Positions 55,750 to 64,000 of a DNA stretch of 64,000 bases are shown here, one piece after another. Positions within the stretch are counted from its first letter, which is position 1. Each line of letters starts with the position of its first letter. A model generated the notes under the pieces. The model saw only the letters and a program-made list of their open reading frames with translations, was not told where the DNA came from and did no database searches. Source of the DNA: Eledone cirrhosa (taxonomy: Eukaryota); contig OZ024764.1 in the NCBI GenBank assembly GCA_964016885.1, positions 12,028,001 through 12,092,000 on the forward strand, given 5' to 3'. The position numbers and the translations under genes were made by a program.

Positions 55750-56185
55750 TAATATATTGAAAGGATAACAAGGACGATTGATCATTCCTTCATTGCATTT
55801 ATTGATAGGTGACGCGAGTTTCGCCACTGATCAGCTCAAGGTTCGATCTATATCGATCCTACCCGACTCAATAATCGGCAGCTCGACGGACCCTCTTAAA
55901 ATGCTATAAGAAAATGAAATACATTTCTTATAGCATTTTAAGAGGGTCCGCCGAGCTGCCGATTATTGAGCCGGGTAGGATCGATATAGATCGAACCTTG
56001 AGCTGATCAGTGGCGAAACGCGCGTCACCTATCAATAAATGCAATGAAGGAATAATCAATCGTCCTTGTTATCCTTTCAATATATTACACTCTGTGTAGC
56101 TCTACACCTCATCACAGAAGTGAACCTACACATCGAGTGCTCTCCCGGGTGAACCTGCAGTAACTCCTACTTACACCCCCTGGAT
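55746..56185 (+). mobile_element. Inverted PLE pseudo-LTR (170-bp arms) with 3' tail
   Basis: 55746-55916 inverted at 55922-56091; contains GAAACGCGCGTC; (TA)n flanks. Confidence 0.78.
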
Positions 56186-56186
56186 A

Positions 56187-56226
<40 letters not shown>

Positions 56227-56642
56227 CATGTTGGAAGATCAGAGGGCGATTTTGCGGCAGCAGTGACCGAATCAGCACAAGAAATGGTTGCCCAAATGTG
56301 GTGAAGATAACGTGATAATCTAATCTAATATGGCAGAGTTTACACTCACAAATAAGAAGAACCAGGGCCACCCCTAGGTGCATTGGATTTGGTGTACTTC
56401 ATATTTGTTTTGGTTGCTGAATACAATCAGGGGTCACTGCTTCTCCTGAAGGTCAATAGTTCTCTTCTAACTCGAGCTGGAGCACCTTTCCATTGTTAAT
56501 TTACATTGATCATCTGCAAAGCCTCATTGTTGTCAGAACCACTACACCAGTCTTTAGATGTGGAAAGGTGGCAGCTGGAACTACTGCCATCCATTGATTT
56601 GGCACTATCACAACTCATTTCTACAGCTGAGTAAACTGGAGC

Positions 56643-59416
56643 AATGTGAAATAAAGTGTCTTGCTCAAGGACACAACACATCACTCGGTCTGAGAATCGA
56701 ACTCACAACCTTTCAATTGCAAGCCCAAAGCTCTAACCACTAAGCCATACGCCTTCACTGAATTAATGTGAAATAAAGTGTCTTGCTCAAGGACACAACA
56801 CATCACCCAGTCCGAGAATCGAACTCACAGCCTTTCAATTGCAAGCCCAAAGCTCTAACCACTAAGCCTTCACTGAAGTAATGTGTAGTAAAGTGTCTTG
56901 CTCAAGGACACAACACATCACCCAGTCCGAGAATCGAACTCACTACCTTTCAATTGCAAGCCCAAAGCTCTAACCACTAAGCCTTCACTGAAGTAATGTG
57001 TAATAAAGTGTCTTGCTCAAGGACACAACACATCACTCGGTCCGAGAATCGAACTCACTACCTTTCAATTGCAAGCCCAAAGCTCTAACCACTAAGCCTT
57101 CACTGAAGTAATGTGTAGTAAAGTGTCTTGCTCAAGGACACAACACATCACTCGGTCCGAGAATCGAACTCACAACCTTTCAATTGCAAGCCCAAAGCTC
57201 TAACCACTAAGCCATACGCCTTCACTGAAGTAATGTGTAATAAAGTGTCTTGCTCAAGAACACAACACATCACTCGGTCCGAGAATCGAACTCACAACCT
57301 TTCAATTGCAAGCCCAAAGCTCTAACCACTAAGCCATACGCCTTCACTGAAGTAATGTGTAATAAAGTGTCTTGCTCAAGAACACAACACATCACTCGGT
57401 CCGAGAATCGAACTCACAACCTTTCAATTGCAAGCCCAAAGCTCTAACCACTAAGCCATACGCCTTCACTGAAGTAATGTGTAGTAAAGTGTCTTGCTCA
57501 AGGACACAACACATCACTCGGTCCGAGAATCGAACTCACAACCTTTCAATTGCAAGCCCAAAGCTCTAACCACTAAGCCATACGCCTTCACTGAAGTAAT
57601 GTGAAATAAAGTGTTTGCTCAAGAACACAACACATCACCCGGTCCGAGAATTGAACTCACAACCTTTCAATTGCAAGCCCAAAGCTCTAACCACTAAGCC
57701 ATACGCCTTCACTGAAGTAATGTGAAATAAAGTGTTTGCTCAAGGACACAACACATCACCCGGTCCGAGAATTGAACTCACAACCTTTCAATTGCAAGCC
57801 CAAAGCTCTAACCACTAAGCCATACGCCTTCACTGAAGTAATGTGTAGTAAAGTGTCTTGCTCAAGGACACAACACATCACTCGGTCCGAGAATCGAACT
57901 CACAACCTTTCAATTGCAAGCCCAAAGCTCTAACCACTAAGCCATACGCCTTCACTGAAGTAATGTGAAATAAAGTGTTTGCTCAAGAACACAACACATC
58001 ACCCGGTCCGAGAATCGAACTCACAACCTTTCAATTGCAAGCCCAAAGCTCTAACCACTAAGCCATACGCCTTCACTGAAGTAATGTGTAGTAAAGTGTC
58101 TTGCTCAAGGACACAACACATCACTCGGTCCGAGAATCGAACTCACAACCTTTCAATTGCAAGCCCAAAGCTCTAACCACTAAGCCATACGCCTTCACTG
58201 AAGTAATGTGTAGTAAAGTGTCTTGCTCAAGGACACAACACATCACCCGGTCCGAGAATCGAAGTCAATACCTTTCAATTGCAAGCCCGAAGCTCTAACC
58301 ACTAAGCCATACGCCTTCACTGAAGTAATGTGAAATAAAGTGTTTGCTCAAGGACACAACACATCACCCGGTCCGAGAATTGAACTCACAACCTTTCAAT
58401 TGCAAGCCCAAAGCTCTAACCACTAAGCCATACGCCTTCACTGAAGCAATGTGAAATAAAGTGTTTGCTCAAGAACACAACACATCACCCGGTCCGAGAA
58501 TTGAACTCACAACCTTTCAATTGCAAGCCCAAAGCTCTAACCACTAAGCCATACGCCTTCACTGAAGCAATGTGAAATAAAGTGTCTTGCTCAAGGACAC
58601 AACACATCACTCGGTCTGAAAATCAAACTCACATCCTTTCAATTGCAAGCCCAAAGCTCTAACCACTAAGCCATACGCCTTCACTGAAGCAATGTGAAAT
58701 AAAGTGTCTTGCTCAAGGACACAACACATCACTCGGTCTGAAAATCAAACTCACATCCTTTCAATTGCAAGCCCAAAGCTCTAACCACTAAGCCATACGC
58801 CTTCACTGAAGCAATGTGAAATAAAGTGTCTTGCTCAAGGACACAACACATCACTCGGTCTGAAAATCAAACTCACATCCTTTCAATTGCAAGCCCAAAG
58901 CTCTAACCACTAAGCCATACGCCTTCACTGAAGCAATGTGAAATAAAGTGTCTTGCTCAAGGACACAACTCATCACTCGGTCTGAAAATCGAACTCACAT
59001 CCTTTCAATTGCAAGCCCAAAGCTCTAACCACTAAGCCATACGCCTTCACTGAAGTAATGTGTAATAAAGTGTCTTGCTCAAGGACACAACACATCACCC
59101 GGTCCGAGAATCGAACTCACTACCTTTCAATTGGAAGCCCGAAGCTCTAACCACTAAGCCATACGCCTTCACTGAATTAATGTGAAATAAAGTGTCTTGC
59201 TCAAGGACACAACACATCACTCGGTCCGAGAATCAAACTCATATCCTTTCAATTGCAAGCCCAAAGCTCTAACCACTAAGCCATACGCCTTCACTGAAGT
59301 AATGTGTAGTAAAGTGTCTTGCTCAAGGACACAACACATCACTCGGTCTGAAAATCAAACTCACATCCTTTCAATTGCAGGCCCAAAGCTCTAACCACTA
59401 AGCCATACGCCTTCAC
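56643..59416 (-). repeat. Satellite of ~23 tandem tRNA-CORE SINE heads (115-122 bp)
   Basis: Each unit read on the minus strand has (t)ggcttagtgg (A box), agttcgattc or variant (B box) and tccttgagcaagacactt. Confidence 0.95.
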
Positions 59417-59633
59417 ATATATAATCAATCATCGTTTAAATTTCACTTTCTCTGCTAGCAAAGGTTGGACAGGACTTCACTCACTGTGTCTGTACAGAAG
59501 CAGGGTTTTTCATCTCGCTTACATATAGTCCTGCATGTTATTGTGCCACGAGAAGCCTTGCTCAGATATTTTACATATAAAATGGTAAGACGGTTTTATT
59601 TATTATATATTATATCTATATATCTATCTATCT

Positions 59634-59697
<64 letters not shown>

Positions 59698-59906
59698 ATA
59701 TTTGGGGAGGGTCATATTTGCGTAATATTGCCAGAATTAATAACAGAACACACTCACTGTTTGGTTGGTTTTCGCTTCTCGCTGTCTTTTATATATATAT
59801 ATCTGCGATCTAACTTACTCGGTCCTCAATGTTGCCATTGACTGACCAGCGGTCAAAAATAAAATAATACAGATACAATATAGACAAACACATATATATA
59901 TAGTTT

Positions 59907-59946
59907 ACATAAATCTTTCGTTGCACATCTGCAACATCGTCAGTGG
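59907..59946 (-). ncRNA. Minimal hammerhead in 3' region of the Penelope-like element
   Basis: Minus strand: CA-CTGACGA-T-GTTGCA gatg TGCAAC-GAAA-GATT-TA-TG; perfect 6-bp stem II, only 2-bp stem I. Confidence 0.6.
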
Positions 59947-60204
59947 TGTTATATTCATTGTTCCTCCTGTTGTGTTGTATGTCTACGCCATTTTTTTTTT
60001 TTTGTTCAGTCCGTCTATATATTTATTTATTTGTTTGCTTGTTTGTTTATCTTATTTTATTTTGTCTTCTTTGCGCATGCGTTTGCGTGTGTGATGTGTG
60101 ACTAGTGTGTATAGTGTTGTGTCTGCTGGGTGACTAGTGTGTGTTTATGTGCTTGTGTATGTATTTATTTATCTTATTTTATTTAATTTAATTTACTTAT
60201 TTAT

Positions 60205-61710
60205 TTATACTTCTCTTAGGTCAGTGTTGTTTGTTTGGGTGTTGTTGTTGTTCCACTCATTCTTTCTGTTTAGCTTTGGTCTTCTAATTTCTATTTCACT
60301 GGCCTCTCTGATTTGCCTATCTGCTGGGTCATTCCTATGTTTAGATATTATTCTAATTTCTATGTTGTCTATGTTACCGTCATGATGTTGTCTAGCATGT
60401 TCGTATAGTACTGACCCGTTTTTTCGTCCTTTTAGTTCCCCCCAGTGTTGGTCTATCCTTTCACCTATGCTACGAGCTGTCTCACCTATGTATGTTGTTG
60501 TCGTGTTTCTACAAGTACCCTCTGTACATCTTATGCTATAGACTACGTTTCTAGTTTTACAGTTTATCCGGGGGTTCACCTTACATATGATACATTTCCT
60601 ATTGGTACAGTGGGTTTTCTTAAAAGGGTAGGTTTTGCTGATCAGGGATTTTATGGTGGTTCCTGGCTTTTCTACCACCTTTATTTTTAAGTGGGTCTTT
60701 CTCAGGGCCTTTCTACACTGGTTAGCTAATTTCCCTCCAGGGGTGGCGTCCACAAACATGACACTCTGATATCTCTGGTTGTCGTACCATGATGTGGCCT
60801 TCCCTATCTTACGTCTAGCCCTATCTAAGCTATTCCATGATTTGCTCCTGTATAGTGGGCAAATTCCTTTCATGTCCAGTTCTATGAGGGTCTTATACTT
60901 TTCCATGGCTCCTTCGTATACTCTGACTCTGTCTCTTTGGTTGTAGCCAGAGAACTGCATGCGGTTGATGAAGTGTTGGATGTGTCCTTCCATTTCTGTT
61001 GGGTCGCACATGCTGGACACATTCTTCATCACTCGTACCAAATCTGCGATCAGAATATTAAACTTAGCACTACTGGACATTGCTGAGTTTTTGAGTATCA
61101 GGTATTTGGAGGCCATGGGTTTAGCATAGTGTGAGTGGAGAATTTGGGCTCTCTCGTCTATAGTGTTAATCCAGAGTTCTGTGTCTAATACAGGTAGTCT
61201 ATTGTTAGGGTGTTTGGAAGGGAAGTCTATAGTTACAGTTATACTCTGGTGTATGGAATTAGCTATCTGCTGGATGCTTTCCATCGTGCTACGTTCTAAA
61301 TCAAACTTGTTAGTGCTCTCTAGTGGGGGTGTTCTTATAACTATATTGATATCGTCTACATAACGAGAGTACATGATGAGGTCTATGGAGCTTTCATTAA
61401 GGAGATCTTTAAGTCTCCTTTCCCACCATACCATGAAAAGGTTGGCAACATCGCCAGCTATGCTGACGCCGATGGCTGCTCCCTCATTTTGGGTGTAGAT
61501 TTTCTCATTGAACTTAAATATGTGGCCCTTTAGGGTAGTTTTGATACTAGCCCCTATTGCATGTGCGACCATTTTTCTTACCTGATCAGTGTTTTGGGGG
61601 GTCCGTATAGCTTTGGTCCACCCAATCCACCTTCCTATGGGAGTCTTTTTAGCCATTGAGGTTATGGTGGGGGGTCTACCTCTTATAGGTCTACTATAAG
61701 AGGTATCTAC
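60205..61710 (-). CDS. Penelope-like retroelement protein (RT + thumb + GIY-YIG endonuclease), 5'-truncated, Naiad-like
   Basis: [49 protein letters not shown], linker CTNRKCIIC...C, VVYSIRC...[30 protein letters not shown]; ~500 open codons; the called start lies in microsatellite. Confidence 0.93.
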   Translation of the reverse strand, partial: VDTSYSRPIRGRPPTITSMAKKTPIGRWIGWTKAIRTPQNTDQVRKMVAHAIGASIKTTLKGHIFKFNEKIYTQNEGAAIGVSIAGDVANLFMVWWERRLKDLLNESSIDLIMYSRYVDDINIVIRTPPLESTNKFDLERSTMESIQQIANSIHQSITVTIDFPSKHPNNRLPVLDTELWINTIDERAQILHSHYAKPMASKYLILKNSAMSSSAKFNILIADLVRVMKNVSSMCDPTEMEGHIQHFINRMQFSGYNQRDRVRVYEGAMEKYKTLIELDMKGICPLYRSKSWNSLDRARRKIGKATSWYDNQRYQSVMFVDATPGGKLANQCRKALRKTHLKIKVVEKPGTTIKSLISKTYPFKKTHCTNRKCIICKVNPRINCKTRNVVYSIRCTEGTCRNTTTTYIGETARSIGERIDQHWGELKGRKNGSVLYEHARQHHDGNIDNIEIRIISKHRNDPADRQIREASEIEIRRPKLNRKNEWNNNNTQTNNTDLREV

Positions 61711-61768
61711 TATATATATATAATATACATGCATTTATATGTGTATATAAATATATATGCATCTGTAT

Positions 61769-61800
<32 letters not shown>

Positions 61801-61854
61801 GTATATGTATATAAAATATACATGCATTTATACATGTATATAAATATATATGCA

Positions 61855-61893
<39 letters not shown>

Positions 61894-61930
61894 CATGCAT
61901 TTATACATGTATATAAATATATATGCATGC

Positions 61931-61972
<42 letters not shown>

Positions 61973-62024
61973 TCATATATCCATGCATGTATATAGATAT
62001 ATATACTCATATATCCATGCATAT

Positions 62025-62117
<93 letters not shown>

Positions 62118-62391
62118 TGCATGCAAACACACATATGCACGTATACATACATATACACAGCCGTATATACACAACAGTGTATAGGGGTCTGTTGGCGATA
62201 GGTGAAGGGGTACAAAGTAAGGGAGCCCATATTTTTCTGTTAGATCAAAAGGACCAAGGATCTGATATAAAGATATGACCTTTCCCTTGTTCTCTCGACT
62301 GATGCCATAAACTAGGGACTAGCGTATATATACATATATATATATATATACACCAGTCTGCTATATATATATATACATATACACACCAGTC

Positions 62392-62896
62392 TTTTTTTCA
62401 AATACCACTTTGGAAGAAGAATCAGGATGGAGAGAGAGGTGCTGTACCCCAGCAAGTTTTATGAAAGGTGGGTGAAAGTGGCGAGAATGGCCCGAGTGAA
62501 TAGGCCTTCTCTCTATATCAGCCTATAGGTTGAGGAAAAGGAGGAGGAGAGGAAAGGAGTACAAACTCTTCGTACTCCTGGAGATGAGGGTTGCACATTA
62601 TTTTTTTCGGGGGGTATGTGTTACCCATATGAACTGTCTCCCCCTATTGGGGAAAATCGACTAATTTTTTAAATTCCATTTGTGATAACATTTTACACGT
62701 TTTTATTGTATGTAAACTTCCCCCTTTGTATTTGTCCCCTTCTTTTGTGCCCCTGTGGCTAATAAAGAAACATATTTATCTATCTACCTATTTGAAATTG
62801 TTTGTTTTTATATTTTTTACACGACTGTATGTAAAATCCCCGGCATGTCTTTGTATTGTCCCCTTTTCTTGTTGCGCCCTTGTGGCTAATAAAGAA

Positions 62897-62971
<75 letters not shown>

Positions 62972-64000
62972 ACCCCAGTAAATTTACTGAAAGGTGAGTG
63001 AATGTGGCCAAAATGGCCCGAATGATTAGGCCTTCTCTGTATATAAACCTGTAGATTGAAGAAGAGAGCAAAAGGAAGACAGGAGCACTTGCACAACATG
63101 CTCCTGGAGTTGAGGGTTGTTCTATCTACGGGGTATTAAACAACCCATTTGTAACGCCTCCCCCCTATTGGGGATTTCGATTGTTGAATTTGTATGTTAA
63201 AACTGTTTACATGATTGTATGTAAAATCCCGGCATATGTCTTTGTATTGTGCGCGCTTGTGGCAAATAAAGAAATGTATTTATCTATCTATCTATCTATC
63301 TTAAGGATCCAAAAGTCCCTGGCCTGGCCTGGCAGTGCTACCGAGGAGCTCTACCAGTTCGAGACAAGCTCTACAGACATGGGCGCCCGGGCAGGGACCC
63401 TGCAAAAAAGATCTGTCCGAGGTGCGTGCGAGACGAAGAAACCGTCGCGCACGCATTCATACACTGCCCGGGCGTCACTGACCTGTGGGGATATGTAGAA
63501 CGACTATTGTCGCGGGTGGGACCAATCCAGTTGACCACCGAGTCCATTGTCATGATCAAACCGCCACCCTCCTTCAAAAACGAAGGAGAGGCGGTTTTCC
63601 TTTGTGTGATAGCTATGGCGAAAGAGGTTGTATGGTGGACAAGGTTGAAAGGGCTGAGGTCAGACACCTTTCTCTCCGGCCAACAACTGATTCTTTTTTT
63701 CAAATACCACTTTGGAAGAAGAATCAGGATGGAGAGAGGTGCTGTACCCCAGAAAGTTTTATGAAAGGTGGGTGAAAGTGGCGAGAATGGCCCGAGTGAA
63801 TGGGCCTTCTCTCTATATCAGCCTGTAGATTGAGGAAAAGGAGGAGGAGAGGAAAGGAGTACAAGCTCTTCGTACTCCTGGAGATGAGGGTTGCACATTT
63901 TTTTCGGGGGTATGTGTTACCCATATAAACTGTCTCCCTCTATTGGGGAAAATCGACTAACTTTTAAATTCCATCTGTGATAACATTTTACACGTTTTTA
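62392..64000 (+). mobile_element. Stack of four Tx1-clade LINE 3' ends separated by (TCTA)n
   Basis: 63301-63830 encodes AWQCYRGALPVRDKLYRHG...CPRCVRDEETVAHAFIHC (CCHC zinc knuckle)...AKEVVWWTR; the three upstream copies end aataaagaaa plus tcta repeats. Confidence 0.88.

Noticed and set aside
60205-61734. Telomerase, group II intron or selenoprotein interpretation; ORF start at 61734
   Set aside because: RT plus C-terminal GIY-YIG is PLE architecture; no in-frame TGA; the first residues come from microsatellite, so the element is 5'-truncated

Overview
Repeat-saturated animal DNA, most likely an octopod cephalopod. That assignment is inferred from the extreme (TA)n/(CA)n/(CAC)n content and tRNA-CORE-V and Meta-domain SINEs. 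Nearly all ORFs in the track are microsatellite artefacts. Real coding remnants are retroelements: a 5'-truncated but open Penelope-like element (PLE; RT + GIY-YIG, Naiad-like) at ~59.8-61.7 kb, several RTE LINE fragments, an R4/Dong-like endonuclease fragment, and stacked Tx1-clade 3' ends in (TCTA)n. There are also hAT and piggyBac-like MITEs, many TE-derived tandem arrays (including ~23 tandem SINE heads), and two plausible host promoter/first-exon regions (6.3 kb minus, 25.7 kb plus). The most striking unannotated signal is a dense set of short non-coding PLE-type modules, mostly embedded in (TA)n and often with an inverted arm plus tail. They carry hand-foldable type I hammerhead ribozymes from about ten unrelated families, several with non-canonical cores (U3:A8, C4, A4, C13). 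One 9-copy family has a fixed 5' end and only half a hammerhead. A decayed HDV-like fold sits at ~28.1 kb. All folds were made by eye; no activity or database match was tested.
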